Shown here one piece after another: positions 1 through 14,629 of a DNA stretch of 64,000 bases. The position numbers and the translations under genes are program-made. A model generated the notes under the pieces. The model was not told where the DNA came from. It saw nothing but the letters and a program-made list of their open reading frames with translations, and did not search any database. The DNA is taken from positions 1 through 64,000 of the forward strand of contig JAUCBJ010007816.1 in the NCBI GenBank assembly GCA_032718475.1, written 5' to 3'. The DNA comes from Nemertoderma westbladi (lineage: Eukaryota; Animalia; Xenacoelomorpha). Within the stretch, counting starts at the first letter, position 1. Each line of letters starts with the position of its first letter.

Positions 1-3000
1 TAGAACGCCTTTACTAGTCCTCTCCTGGCCATAAATCTCTTTAAGGCCAGGAGCAGAGATTTGGTCGACATGTCTGCCACACGCTCGATATGTATGGCTC
101 TACTAGCCATGCATGTCAGTAGCAGACCCCATCGCTTGTGGGTCAGCCGTCCACTCTTTGCTTCAATCGGACCAAAACAGTCCACCCCTGTATTCGTAAA
201 GGGTGGGTCATATGCCTGCACTCTCGCTTCCGGGAGTTCAGCCATCTCCTGTTCCAATACTCTGGCGTTCACTCTCTTGCAAACCAGACAGGCGTCGTAC
301 ATGGTGCCTACTGCCCTGCTTGGCTGCAATAGAATGAATCGCTGTCTCGCTGCCGACAGACAGTGTAACCTTCCCGCGTGATGTAACCGCTTGTGTATAT
401 CCCATAGAATCGCTCTTTGCAATTCTATTGGGTGACTAGGGATTATCACTGGGAACCGAAACTGTGAGTTTATGTCGACAGTCTGGATTCTCGATCTATG
501 ACAAATCAAACCCTTATGGATTAATGGACTCCATTTTCTAAGGGGTTTATAGAGAACTGTTCGTTGAGCCGATAATAGATGGAATTCTTTAGGGAAGGCA
601 CACATTTGATAATGTCTCAAATGCTTAAATTCCGCTTGATCAATCTCATCCTCTGTCAGAGGTTGTTTCAATTTCCGAATTCGCTCACTATTGGTGCTCA
701 ATGGTTCTCTCAAATGTTCCGAATGTTTTAAACAAAGGTACAAAATGTATCGGCTTAACCACGCAGTTCTTTTACAAATTGTCAGCCAAGAGGCAGACGA
801 ATTTAGTAATTTGTCATAAATACTGCATGACTCTAATGCCAGCGACGGTTGTCCGTTAACTAATGGAAGTTTCGAATCCAAACCCGCAGGTTTGGAAACC
901 AAAGGCTCCATTGTGTCGGTCATTTTCTGTCCGTCACTTACCAATTGTGACTCCGGTTTAGTCTGTAAGGGTGGTTTAATGTCATAACTTATCCTTCCGG
1001 ACCTAGTAGTCACGTAAGTCTGTTGGTCTGACAGGTCTCCGGGCCGCTCCAATGACTCTTCAGGCCGCTGCAATGACTCTTCAGGCCGCTCCAATGACTT
1101 AAGTTTGGCTTTAGACTTCGACTTAGAGACTTTCTCCACTTTGACTTCTGCATCTTCAGGCATTGGATTGGTCACTATCTTCAGTCGCTCCGGCCAATGT
1201 TCCTGTGTCCTCGTTAGAAATTCAGGTCCATGCAACCAAAACTCCTGCGACTCTTCCTGACAGAATTCCGCCGGCATTGCACCTCTCGAAGTTATGTCGG
1301 CCGGGTTCAACACTCCCGGACAATGTCTCCATTGTTCCTTCGTCGAAAAGTCGACGATCTGAGCGCGTCTATTTGCCACAAATGTCTTTAGTGCAATATT
1401 GTCGGCCGCAATGTATACTAACACCAAGGATGCGTCCGTCCAATAGAATAAGGTCAATGTCGTGTCTAACTCCTCAATTATCTGCTTACTTACCTCGACC
1501 GAAACTACAGCCGCCTGTAACTCTGCACGAGGGACAGTCATGTATTTGACCGGCATTGTCTTTGATCTAGAAGTCACAAAGGCCGTCTCAAATTTGTCCT
1601 GACTTACCTCTCGGCGAAGGTAGGCTACCATACCAAAGCCGGTGTCACTTGCGTCACTAAATAGGTGCAGTTCTAAATCAGCTGGGAATACCAGCTGATT
1701 CGGAAAGTAGGAGCGGGGTACATCTATGTTTTTCAATAGATGTAACTCGGCTTCCCACTCTCTCCACTGCTTTGCATGTATAGGAGATATTGGTTCGTCC
1801 CACTCTAGGTCGGACAACCAAATTTTCCTCATGCACGCTCGTGCCTGTAATATTACCGGACTGATAAAGTTCATCGGGTCAAATAGTCTACTTAATGTCG
1901 ATAAGCAAATTCTCTTTGTCAAAACTTTGTCTGGGCTACTGGGCTCAAATCTAACTCTTACCTGGAACTTGTCTGAGTTCGGGTTCCAAGCGAGTCCCAG
2001 TACTCGCGCCATGGGGATTGGTTCTACCCCCAATTCAATGTCTCCGCTCCCGCGATCTTTTACCGGGAACGACTCTAATAGGGCCTCCGAATTCGTAGTG
2101 AACTTGGTCAGCGGAAAACCCCCTGTAGCCAAGCACTCTTGCAGGCCGTGAGCCACTTCTATGGCTTGTTCCGCCGTGTCCTTGGACACCAATCCGTCGT
2201 CCATATAGAAGTTTCTCAAGATGGACTCGATTACTTCTACTGGGTACTTACCAATCTGGGCTGTTGCCGTTTTCTTTAGAACAAACAGCGTGCCATTCGG
2301 ACTATCGCGGGCGCCAAATATCCTAACGTACATTTGGTATGTAACCACTGGGCCGGATAAGTCTTCATTCTCGTACCAGAGAAAGCGAAGGCTATCCTGG
2401 TCTGCCTTACAGGCTCTTACCTGGTGGAACATCGCCTCGATGTCACAAGTAAATGCGAATCGCCGCTGTCTAAAACGCAACAGTATTCCAATCAAATAGT
2501 TATTCAGGTTGGGACCATCCATCAACTCTGAATTCAGGGACATACCTCTATAGACTGCTGCGCAGTCGTTGACTACTCGGACTTTGTCTGGCTTGTCAGG
2601 GTGAGTCACATAGTGGTGTGGAAGGTAATAAGTCTGGTCTGTCACTAAGTCAGGGTCCTCTACCTTCCCAGCAAATCCCTTGGCGAAATAGTTGTTGATC
2701 TGGGCGCAATACTTCTCCCTAATGTCTGGATTCTTCAACAACCGAGCCCTTACTCCGTTTAATCTTTTCAAGGCTAAGTTGTAGTTGTTCTCCAACTTAG
2801 GTGGTTGTCGACGCCACAACATTCCAACTTCAAAATGTCCAGTCGGTAGTAGACGTATGGTGTCTTCCATCATCTCCAGCGACCGTTTCTCATCAGTAGA
2901 CATGGCTAGGTCATATCCACCGGGTTCCATTGCGTCCCTATCCAGCCATTCGACGGTTCTGGCTCCTGTCTCGAGGTCCTGGCGTATCAATTCCTTCTGT

Positions 3001-3330
3001 AATTCCTCCTCACTGTATTGGAAAATGTCTAGGTCTCGATATTTAGCCACTTGACCCTCCACTATGTCTGTATAAGTCAAAACGTTAGTCAGATAGGTAG
3101 CGTGGGCCGCTGAACCAGACCCACGGGTCTGATAACAGTAGTCCTCGGGTTCACTATCTGTCCGGTCGTTGTGAAGTGGTTCCGACAACCTAACATTATC
3201 GGGAATCAACTCCTCGTCCGACTCGCTAAAGTCACTATAGTGGTCAATACAGGTTCTCCTAAACTCGTCTATGTCTGGTGGTTCTACTAACGGTGGTTGA
3301 GTTATAGGCTGTAATTCGTCGTATCTGTCT
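1..3330 (-). CDS. pol: A1 pol (RT, RNase H, start of integrase); frame runs off the window
   Basis: Reverse complement aligns with A2 pol (YYLPHH, FYMDD, HLFSDAS, YWTDA, TGVDCFGP); has CGA where A2 has a TGA stop. Start is approximate because of an upstream frameshift. Confidence 0.85.
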
Positions 3331-6300
3331 CATTGGCTTGTCGCCACCTGTAAACTCATAAGACATGGGTACTCGTGTATACCAACCTAGTATAGTCCTA
3401 TGGGCATGTGGTCCATTGACATGCGGCTCAGCTGGTCTCGTTTCCCATATCTGGTGTGCGATCAGCTGTTCTGCACCAATCAACATAGAAACATTCCTAT
3501 AACCTACCTGGTGTCTGGGTATCCTGAGCTTGTCAAAATACTCCTGTGCTATGGGACTCATCGGCGGCACCTTACCTAACTGCCTGCCGAATCCCTTCAT
3601 AGCTAGACACTTAAATCCGTCCAATGGCAAAGCTTTCCGTTCTTGTCGAGTATGCTGGTCTCTCGGAAGTAGGGAATCTAGTTCTACCGAAATTCTGTGT
3701 CCCTTGAGGTCTCCTACCCCATGCATAGACTTCAACTCTATTTGGATCTCCTCGGCGTCCTGGAAGCTAGAAACAGCTCTCGCCACTTCCTCGTCGATAT
3801 ACGATAATGTGGACGCAGTGTCCAACATCACATATATTCGCTTCGATCCCTTATCGCCAGTGAGTTTCACCGGAATCACGCTAAATATTTCCGACGTGGC
3901 CGATGATAAATACGTCCGCGCGCTGGTCGATGAACTATCCGCGGTGAAACCTTGGCAGGTCACTTCTCTCGCGCTCGACTCGCCATCCTCGTCCGACGAA
4001 CCTGGTTGGTAACCATCGTCCTGGATGCCAGTGTACGTATTCCTCCTTATCGATACGGGTTCTTTGCTCCCCTTCCTGTGAGGATTTCGCTGTAAGTAAC
4101 GGTCCGTTGGGGTATGGAAATCCGCATGTAGCAACTTGTGATGTAGTCTGCCGCATTCCATGCATCCGTCCTTGCTGTTCGGGCACTGCCGCCGTACATG
4201 ACCTGGCGCAAGACATGCCCAACAGGTGTCCAACGTCCGCACTTGAACTCTTCTCTGTTCCGAATTTAATTCTTTGAACCGTCTGCAACTATCTAACTTA
4301 TGGTCGTCAGATCTTACCTCCTTTAGTAAACAGTATTGGCAACCTACAAATCCATCCGGCAACTCCTGTTGCTTTAACCTAGGTCTATCTAACCGCTCAC
4401 CTGACCATACTCGCGAGTCTGATCTAAAGGCTGGGGTACTCGAATTATATCTGTCTACTGAGTTATAATGTCACAGTGGTCCTGTCATCGTCAAAACTTA
4501 CCATAGACTTACCGGTAACAGGTTTAGACTCTCTCATATTCTCTTCTGAGAAGTTTGATTTCATCTCTGCTACTGCGTCTGTGGCTATCATGTCATGAAT
4601 ATGCTGAAGTGTCAATACTTTACCTTGGCCCTCCAACTTATTCTCTAATTTGCGCCATTTCTGTCGGTAACGCATGTTTAGACGTCTTATTACGCTCTTT
4701 AAAACTTCGGCGTGATCACCATGATGAGGTAGATTCACCGTCCTCAAGATGTCCAATGCGTTCGAAATAGCGTTCGCTAAGTTCAACAGCTCTAACGGAG
4801 TTGTAATCCTTCCGCCCTTACCCAAGTCTTCTACTATCGACTGCGCCATCTTGGTTTTATTCCCGTAGATGTCACTAAGCGTCTTCATCGCTAACTCGAA
4901 TGCTCTTTCATTGCCGACGAAGTTATCAGCAATGGCTCTAGGTTCTCGATGGAGCATCTGAAGCAAATAGTTGAACTTCTCGTTGGGAGTAAAGGTGCTG
5001 TTGGTTAGCTGCTCGTCGACATAGGTTTTGAAGGTCCTCCAGTGCTTATGGTTGCCCATAAACTTCTGGGGTTGTTGCGTCGGCAGTCCTTGCCTAGCAG
5101 CAAACTTACCTATGTCCCTAAGGGTTGCGTCGTTCCGGGTTAACAAATGGTTTAGTTCCGCAGGGTTGTTAAGTCTGGTCCTTTCCCGGTGGTTCCAACT
5201 TACCTGCTCCGCGTCGGTCCTTCTTTCCTTATAGTTTCGGGACTTCTGACGTCTCATTTCTTCCTCTTCATCGCTTGACTCGGTGTCAGTCCTTAGCGCT
5301 CGCGATGGTTTGCGCGCCGAGGCCCTGACCCAAGCATCCTGAATAAATTTCTCGGCCGAATTTTCGAAATTGGGATTATGAATATTCGGGACAGGCGTCC
5401 TTACCTGAGGTCTATGTGGTATAGTTTCCTCCGATATGCGTACTCGTTGACTAGGCTGGACTTTATCTAACTCAGGCCTGCTGGGATTAGAATTACTTCT
5501 TACCTGGGCTGCTTCCTTTAACCGTAGGTTGCTAAGCATGTCCGTTATAGGTTGGATGTGCGGCGATATAGCTTGCGCTAAACTAGCACTTAACTCATCC
5601 CTCGTAATAAATTCCTGGCTAGGGTTCTGTTGTATAGTCGGCTCTATCTGAGTAATCCGCTGTCTCTCATATGATCCCTCTTCCGGTTTAACCCGGAAGT
5701 TCTCCGTCGAACTGGGTCGGCGCTCCGTCCGCGTATTCCAAACCCGCGGGTTCGGTTCGCCAAATACTCGTCCCGTTGGAGTTTCTTCTCTAAATTCTCC
5801 GTTCGTCGTTCGGTATACAGTGGTGCGGTGTTCCGATGACGTGGATTCTGCGCGATGGGTGAAGCACTAATACCAACTGGCGTGCGATATGTAGAGAATG
5901 GTTTAGCGATCCGTGTACTCGTAATAGCTGGACCGGGTATAGGAATTCTGGTCGTCGTCGACTCGCGTATGGTCGGAGTTCTCGCTTCCTGTTCGGCCTT
6001 CTGCAGTGCGAACAGTTCTCGCAACTCAGTACCTACACTCGCCCCACATTCTTCGATCATTCGCATCCCCTTCTCGGCGATTTCATTCGCCTTCCTAGTC
6101 CGTTCTTCGCTCTCTAAACTTAATCTCGCACTTTCCAACTGCGCCAGTTTACGTTCTTCTTCTTCCCTCGCTCGTCTCGCTGCGCCCTCTTCTTCTACAC
6201 GCGCCTTCTCTTCATACAACGCCCGTCGCTCCCTCTCGCGCTCAAGTTCGCGCTCCTTGCGCTCGCGTTCGAGTTGGAGTTCGTATTCCTTTTGTTCGCG

Positions 6301-7545
6301 TTCCTTCTGTTCGCGTTCGAGCTGGAGTTCGCGTTCCTTCTGTTCGCGTTCGAGCTGGAGTTCGCGTTCCTTGCGTTCGCGTTCCGCTTGCTCGCGCTTA
6401 CCTTTCTCTTCCAACTCTCGCAACTTTGCGTCTAACTTACGTGTTCGCTCCCGTTCCCGCTCGGCTTCCTTCCGTGCTTCCGATGCACGCAAAACTTCCG
6501 CCTGCTGTTCGTCTAGTCGGCGTCTTCTCTCCTCTGCCGAGTTGTGAGAAACAAGGGATCTAGCACATATTACCTTACCTCGCGCGTGACTAACCTGGGA
6601 ATCGCCGCTGTCTCTAGATGCATCGTCGGGTGGAGTCAACGTCCTCTGTTGGATGTTCTCCGTCGTCGGTAGCACCTGACCTGGTACCACCACTCCATTC
6701 TGCATCAGCCAGCTAGTAACTTCCCTTTGATACCTGCGCTCCTCCTTGTCTTGGATCTCTTCTCGCTCCACTAACTCTCTCAACTCTGCGTCACTCACTT
6801 GAGTCGCCTGCGCTTGTGATGTCCATAGCAGCCAGTTCTCCGTCCTAACTCGTCGGAATCGCTCCGATAACTCGCGGTGCTCTAACAAGGCTGCTAAAAC
6901 CCTGTCGTAAATCCTCGTTGCTACGTCGCTCGACTGAGACTCTACTGCCTTCTTCGCTAGGACTGCAAGCTCCTCCGTCTGCTTGAATAACGCTGAGTTA
7001 TATCCTCTTCTAATCTCTACTAACTCTACCCTCCCGATGTTCGCTGAGTCAGCTAACATCTTCCTTACCTTGTCCGCCGTCCGGGTTATATGTCCGGCAT
7101 GCGCGCGAAGTTTCTTCTTTATCGCGATATCGAACTCTCTATCACTCACCTGACTTACGCTCGGTGGACTTGAAGGATTATTTCGGGAACTACGGGTACT
7201 CCTAACAGCCGTCGGGACCACGGCACTTACCATACCCACAGGTCTGGAAACCGGGCTCCGGGCTCTCGCTTCTGCTACACTACCCTCCCTATCACTCACC
7301 TCTGTCCGGGCTGCCGTACAGTCCTTCCTTACAGTAGCGGTAGGGGATCCTAATACTATTACTTGAGGTTGTTGTTCTTCCTCACTAGTCACTGTCTCGT
7401 CCTCCTGTTCACTTACGTCAGCGTCACTCGCTGCGTCGTCATAGTCGGCATTGTCGTCAACAGTAATATTGACGCTATCGTCAGTCGGCGGTCCAGCCGC
7501 CGTCTCGTAGCTGTCCTCTAGTGCCTCCTTGTCTGAGACACTCAT
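3259..7545 (-). pseudogene. gag: A1 gag-protease broken by frameshifts into three ORFs
   Basis: ORFs 5644-7545, 4463-5539 and 3259-4362 are consecutive pieces of the intact 1520-aa A2 ORF; CxxC zinc knuckles and protease-like MLDTAS. Confidence 0.9.
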
Positions 7546-8734
7546 AGTCTAAATAATGTTTTGCCTTCCGGCAAAAATATCTCGCAAAGTTCGAGATATA
7601 ATTATAATTTAACCGAAACACGGTCAAATTATTTGTCAAATAATCAGTTGGTCCAAATGTCAAAATAAATTCGCAATGCAATATTGTGAATTTAATGGGG
7701 TATATAGTTATAGCAAATACTAGCACAATATTTAAACAAAAATATTATTATATAGCTACTATATAGCATTAAATACCGGTATAGCACAAAATAACTTTGA
7801 ATCTAATACAAAATATTCAAAATATACTTGCCGCCCGAATATTTCTAATTTTATATATATAGCTCTAATCAACGTAATTTTAATTTCAAATATTATATGT
7901 ATCCACTAGCGCGTGGCTACATCTTCGGGTTGCGACTCTCTCTAACTCTCTCTCTAACTTGAGCGATTCAAAAAACCATGGCCGGCTAAACCTAAATATC
8001 CTAACTAATAAATTGAGTTCAGCTTCGCAGTTAAACAACCGATAATTTTTTACTGCTTCCACAAACACAATGGTGCCAACAGAACAACTAACCTTGTTTG
8101 CTGTGAGATTCCACGTCCGCGTCCAAAGATTCAGGCCCTTCGCTGATTGCAAACCGAACCCGCAGACCCACACGAACCCCAAACTCAGAAGTCCCGTCTT
8201 GCCATGTATCTCCAGATGGTATAAAATAACTAAGCGGTTACCTAACATACCGGTACAAAACTCTAGAATTTTACAAAATAATTTTGACCGAAACTGAATT
8301 CTCGCAAACCTAGCTAATAATTTTCAAAAAACTTACTAATTACAGTTTGCCCTAAGGCCTAAGGAACTGCTGTATTCGCAATTAGCAAAAACGCACTACC
8401 GTACATCCACTGTATGCAGTACAGTAAGTAAAACAGTACACCAACCTAACAGCCTAATGATACTGTGTGTGGTACGGCAAAACAAATGTCCCTTCTACCG
8501 TACGCAGTAACAGCAATCAGCCTAATGTACTACTGTACTAGTGTACGCAGCCAGTGAATACAGTAATCTAAACTAACAGCCTAAAGGAATATACTCAATG
8601 TCTTACTGTACGCTAGCCTATAGCCTACAGCAGACGATCACGTGCTCCAATTTATTGCCTAATACTATGATACTACTATCAGCCTAAGAATACTCTATTG
8701 ACCGCTGCAAGCAACAGCCAATAACACGTATCAC

Positions 8735-10933
8735 TGATAAACAACCGCGACCTCTATACTAACAGCAGAACTGTTGAACAGACCAATACCCGTTAATATC
8801 CTTCTGCCAACCTAATAAGTTCTCGTCTAACCAATAAGACACAAAGACTGCTCTACTGTTAAGTAAAGGGGCTCAGGAGCGTGATATTACTAAATTGTAA
8901 GGGTTGCTAAATACAAAACCGCTACTTACCGTTAGATGGCGCTAATCTGCCGTCCGCTAATATATTTACTAATTTTACACAACTCCTGCAAAATCGCTTG
9001 TTCCTTTCTCTACCGATTGCTCAATAGAGAGCTAACTGTTCGAATCTATGAGCCACGCAGGAATAACCAAAACAATAAACCCGAGTCGGCTCCCTAAGCT
9101 TACTTAAGACGAGTGCGAGAGGCCTTGCACTCAGAGTATTCTTACGCCTAATTCTATCACTATTAAAGCACGCTATTACCTACGTCTTTTCTAATCGCGA
9201 ATACTGGGGGTTCTCTAACGTAATGTGTGAATGCGAGAATATTTAAAATATCAAAAATGGTACAGTAATTGTCTCTCGTGGATAGTACCACTCTGGGTCT
9301 AAAATTGCCTGCAGCTGGCTTTAGGCCAGCAAATCACTAGCGTTTCGTGCGTACCGAATAGTGCGTTCTAGCTGATTGTCCGCTAATGCAAATAACCGCT
9401 CAGCGTGAATAGTTTACAGTACTCTTAATTATTACTTTAGCTACTCTCCGCTATGCTGCGTACTAATTCTTAATTTTACTAATTAATTACAGTCACAAAT
9501 ATTTAACAGCGTACTAATTACTAAGAGTTCCAGAATACGTAATTCTAATTTATCACGCAACAGGTTTCGCTAGTAATAGCCTAAATTGCCGTATTACTTT
9601 GACCTAATCAGTAACTAATTGTTGTAACTAAGAAATAGAAATCAATCAAAGAGAAAAGAGCGCCTACCTAAACATTCACAATCATAGGCACACTTCAGTA
9701 ACACACCAATCAGCGTCAGCAATCACAGTTCGCAATTATGCAGTTAACTACTGTATAGCCCACAATTATGCGACTCACTATTCGTACTACACGCTCAACG
9801 TTCGAAACGTTGTGATACGTGCAGGCCTCTCCCGGGTACATATAGGACTCCTAACTAACCTGATTCCCGCCCCCCTAATACTAAATAGAGACGAAACCTG
9901 GATCATCAGCCCCCTAATTACCGTACCGGCGATTGGTCTGCGTACCACAGCGTTAACTTCCCGACCGCAACGGTGACCCCACGCCAGCGTTGCTCGCTTT
10001 GAATCCTCCGCTCTCCCTTAGTCGCCCAACCCCCCGATGTGCCCACCGCCCGCTGGCGCCTTAGCCCTCCATTACGCTAATAGCTACCGTAGCGGCGCAT
10101 GCAAATCACAAAGTCTGACAGTCTCAGAAATCCCTTAGGATTATTGCGCAGGAAAGAATCACATAGAACCATTAATCAAAAGTAGAAATCATAGTTCAGT
10201 TGTAATTAGCAGTAATCGAAGGAATTAATTGAGAAACACAAGCAAGAGTAATCGCACTAGCAAATCATTTCAAGAAATTAATCAAATTGCAAAAATACTC
10301 TAAAATCCGTCAAAATTGAATAGAGACAGCTCAGCAAGTACAACAGCAGTGAAGGTTGAATCGATTGATAACAGGTAAGGCTCTACCGGCACACCGCCAA
10401 TTTATAGGTGATCCGGATGGGATGATGCAATAGGGTGACTCAATCGCTCTCCTATTGGCTCTCCAGTCCATGCTAGCATTAGACCAACCTGGAAGCAGTT
10501 AATCCAATAAGGAGGCCGGATTGTAGCCCTATTGCTCAAATTATTACCATATATGGTAATGGTTCACGTCTCTGGCTGCTGAATGGCCAGGACGGCGTCC
10601 CTATATGCTAGCCCTATCAAACTAATATCAGCAAGCACAAAATCCAGGGTCCGAATAAACTCGCTACCCTGGAACTATCTACATATATCCTAATACAAAA
10701 TTACGTAGGTAGGGCTACATACTATACAAAATGGATGGTTTCAAATATATGGGCGTTTTGATTTCCCTACCTAAATACCACTGCGTTATTATGCCTTATC
10801 TAAAATATCATGCTGCACAATGGACTAATATTACGTACAGTATAACGGACTAATATTGCATACTGCATAACGGACTAATATTACATACTGCATGATGACT
10901 AATAATATGGATACAGCGCCATATACTGTAACA
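8735..10933 (-). repeat. 5' LTR of A1 (~2.2 kb, TG...CA)
   Basis: Aligns to both A2 LTRs; ends ...GTTGTTTATCA on the minus strand. Confidence 0.9.
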
Positions 10934-13722
10934 GCAGGCCTACTATTTATAAATCGTTTGAGTTGATTTATAATATATATATACCCGTTGAAATGGGTTT
11001 TGTCAATGTTTGAAATAAATGTTATTATTTCTTGGGGAGTCACTACACATAAGCTGTGCGCTCTCAGTGGAGTGCTACTTGTTGGACACTAAAACAAATA
11101 ATTCTAATTTAACTAAGTTACTTAATACTACAAATTACGTACAATTCGGGTTGAGATTACAATCTCTAAATAAACACAAAAATTTAATTACAAATACACA
11201 AATACGAATTTTTAGGGTAATTTTACAAGAAGTCTACTAACCAGCCTAACAAAGGGTTAGAATATCTGGTTATTACAACGGACAGGTTACTACGGTATTT
11301 GAAAATAATAAGTAGTAGTAAATATACTGCGTTGTCCAGATAGGAAAATACCACCGCCTGACGACCTATAACCGTATCGCTATAGGTACTACGTTATGTA
11401 TCACGGAGTGTTCCTACCCAGAAGTTAATTACCGCGGTCTACCAGAACCAACGTGCCTATTAACCACTTTACAACACTAATATACTGCCTACACACTAAT
11501 TGCTTTCGGAAAGTACTGTACACTAAACCCTAAATTAGGTACAAGTACTTGTATAACAAATAATTAGTAGTTAAAAATACTTAAACAGCTAAAAGAACCA
11601 CGGCATCTGCTGGAGTGACCGGTGCACAAAATCACCAGTCTTTACCTACGCCGAGCAGCCCTGATGTAGTACCGGGGTTAGTAAATAATAAATAATAAAT
11701 AATAAATAAATGAATAATAAATATTACGCTACGCGTACAAACTACTCAAACAAAATGCAGACCAAATACTGACAGACTACTATCAAGCCTAAACAAACCA
11801 CGGTATATGCAGACTCCGAAATGGTTAAGTAGTATGCGTTCTAACCCAGTAGTACGACTTATTCTTTAGATGGGGATTTACCTTACAGCTATGGCTGCCC
11901 CTACTTCCTAACCGTTCTTTATCGGACAGATGATCTACACACACCGAAATTTCCTCAAACCCAACAACAGCCAGACAACTATCCAGCCTACAAATTATCT
12001 AAATAAAATTATACGCTACCCGTACAGACTACACAAACAAAGTACAGACCAAACGATGGCAGACTACTATCAAGCCTAAATAAACCACAGGACATGCAGA
12101 CTCCGAAATGGTTAAGTAGTATGCGTTCTAACCCAGTAGTACGACTTATTCTTTAGATGGGGGTTTACCTTACAGCTATGGCTGCCCCTACTTCCTAACC
12201 GTTCTTTATCGGACATACACTCTACATGCACTGCAATCCGTTCAGACCTAATCAACAGTTAGCCAACAGTCAAGCCTACAAATTATCTGTACAATCTGAG
12301 CAGGCTTACACGCCTTCTGCTCAATACTGGCTTACAAATAAATAAAACTGACAGAAATAGGCCTAAGTAAAATCCCAATAAAAACCAGGCGTCCCCGATT
12401 AATTATTAAGACCTACCGGTATATAATAATCAAATCGAATAATACTGCTGTACCTGTACTGTAAGTACCGGTTCGGATGATCAGGCAGTCAGGCCTACAG
12501 GTTTCCGGTCGACCGGTACTTTCGACTAGATTGCTTACACCGCAATCCAGAAGCAATATCTGTTACTGTTTGCGCTTTTAAGACCTTTGACAGTTTAACC
12601 TGCCAAATTAGGATGTCTTTTAGATGATATATAGTCTTTAGCTTATGACGAGTATTTGATACACTACATTAGCCGAAGCCAGTCTATGCGCAATCATTCA
12701 CCCGCTGGATATACCCGGGAGACTGAATTCGGAAGCTTAATGATTGATGGTGTAAGCCTACTGTATTATTCCTGTATTATTCGACTGATCGTAATATATA
12801 ATCTCTGACAAATATTATTCACTTTCGGGAAATATTAACAGTTCCTTTAGGACGTGGCGCTCTAAATATGTAAACAGAGTTATGCTTAAACTAGACACAA
12901 CGAAAAGGCTATAGATTCACGTATATGGCGCATTCTTTAGGAGATGCTTTGTTATCAGTTACACTCATACACAATGCTGCACAATACTGCACACTAACCT
13001 GCCGACCTTCACTAAATTTAGTCACGTATAAAGAGAGCAACAGACAATTTATGTTGGGCATATGAAATAGCATTAGATTCACTTCAAACCACTTAACATA
13101 GGTCGCAATCGTTTATCTGTAACCGGTCTCTCTAACCTTTAGTATATCAAGAAGGTGGGGTATCTGACTATTGATCAGTATTCCGATATAATATTTCATC
13201 AACCAATATAATGAATAACCGACAGTAAAAGCAGTAATATTAAGGTATAAATGATTATTAAGTGAATGAGTTAACTCGGTAACAGATATACGTTCTATAA
13301 TTAAGCCTACTAATGTTAAACTAAAGACTGAAACACGGAGGTGCTCAAAAGCCGGTGTTCTTAGGCTCTGGGCAAAAACATAACACTGAACTACTGAGTT
13401 TCTGTACCCAACTCCAACACAGAGACAAAAAACGCTCTGATTGGTCAACCGAACAATGAGAGAACAAAGAAACAAAGAAATGTCGACGTGGCAATATCAG
13501 CTGTTAGCCGTCGTCATGGTAGCGACACTGTTTTCAAGAGTATCTAGCTTATCGCGTCACGAGATTGCGGATTATGTCCTCTAAAGTACAAATACAGAAG
13601 AAATGACTTTTATGTCCTCTAAAACACCAGTACAGCAAGGACGCGGCCCTTTTATGCCTGGTAAACCAACTACAGAGTACTTTAAGGGAAAATAACCGGT
13701 TAATGACGCAAAAGCTTTTACA
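10934..13722 (-). mobile_element. LTR element E: 5' LTR (12446-13722) plus leader, interrupted by A1
   Basis: TGTAAAAGC at 13722 cuts the D gag frame abruptly; CA end at 12446 followed by an 11-mer complementary to 12774-12784; leader rich in TAGGCTG motifs like the A leader. No second LTR or ORF in the window. Confidence 0.6.
11715..12288. repeat. ~287-bp tandem duplication in the E leader
   Basis: AGACTCCGAAATGGTTAAGTAGT block at 11811 and 12098 with aligned flanks. Confidence 0.9.
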
Positions 13723-14123
13723 ATCTTTGTGCTAATTTCTTTGGAAAGCCTTCTAAGCAATCTATGGGGAAGCGTAGTTTCTCACTATTTGGTAATGGAG
13801 AACTAAATATACTATCCTTTACATATTTTCTAAATGGAAGCCATTTGAACTCATTTCCATCAAATTTAATAATTTCCCCAACCTTAACAGCTTGACGCGC
13901 TTCAGTACGCGCTAATTGGCGGGTGAAACTATCTTGAGCTATAGTACTATTAAACATTGAGTTAAAAGTAGAGTTATCACACAGAGGCCTACATTATTTA
14001 CATTATTATGATTCTGTGTGTCATTTTGTGTACCTGTGCTGTATTCAGGGCCTTTAACATTGGGTGAGATAGGAAGGCGTGATATATTTTCAGCTTCAAC
14101 CCCATTTATATTAGAGGCTTTCT
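13723..14123 (-). pseudogene. gag: BEL/Pao gag remnant (element D), downstream part
   Basis: KFDGNEFKWLPFRKYV...EKLRF matches the DUF1759-like gag motif seen in A, B and C. Confidence 0.7.
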
Positions 14124-14181
14124 TTAACCCTATTAGTACCGGGCTATAAAATGTTGTACAAATACCGGGGGGGGGGGTCAT

Positions 14182-14214
<33 letters not shown>

Positions 14215-14629
14215 TCTAAAATCTACAAATATTTACGAAAACGTCTGATTTTTTGTTTGTACGTAGGTATCACTTGTCTGGATCCGACCAAAAAAAAATT
14301 TTCGAAAAAATGTACTGGGGTGGTTATATTGCAGCACCAAATTTACAAGTAGTGCACAATTTTTCACAAAATTTGAAAGTTACATTTTCGGCTAATTATT
14401 TTTCAATACAGGTTTTCTGGGGTGCAAACTACATTGGAAAATATTTAAAAATGATATGATTACTATAAATGGTTGTTTAGTCATCTCTGCGTAGGAAAAA
14501 AATAAAAAAAACAAGTAACCAGGACTTTTTAGTTAGAACACAAAATTTTTAATTCACTTTTCGAGGGCGCTGATTCTAATGGAATACATTTCTAATATGC
14601 CAAATCATTGCTACTTGTATTTTTCGGCG

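Larger units (their letters stand above)
1..10933 (-). mobile_element. BEL/Pao LTR retrotransposon family A, copy A1 (3' part runs off the window start)
   Basis: Minus-strand order LTR, leader, gag, protease, RT, RNase H, integrase; begins TGTTACAG at 10933; near-identical inverted copy of 31135-42200. Confidence 0.95.

Noticed and set aside
61-6547. Many short plus-strand ORFs (and their mirrors opposite A2, B and C)
   Set aside because: Antisense shadows of gag-pol; they recur only because the elements are duplicated.
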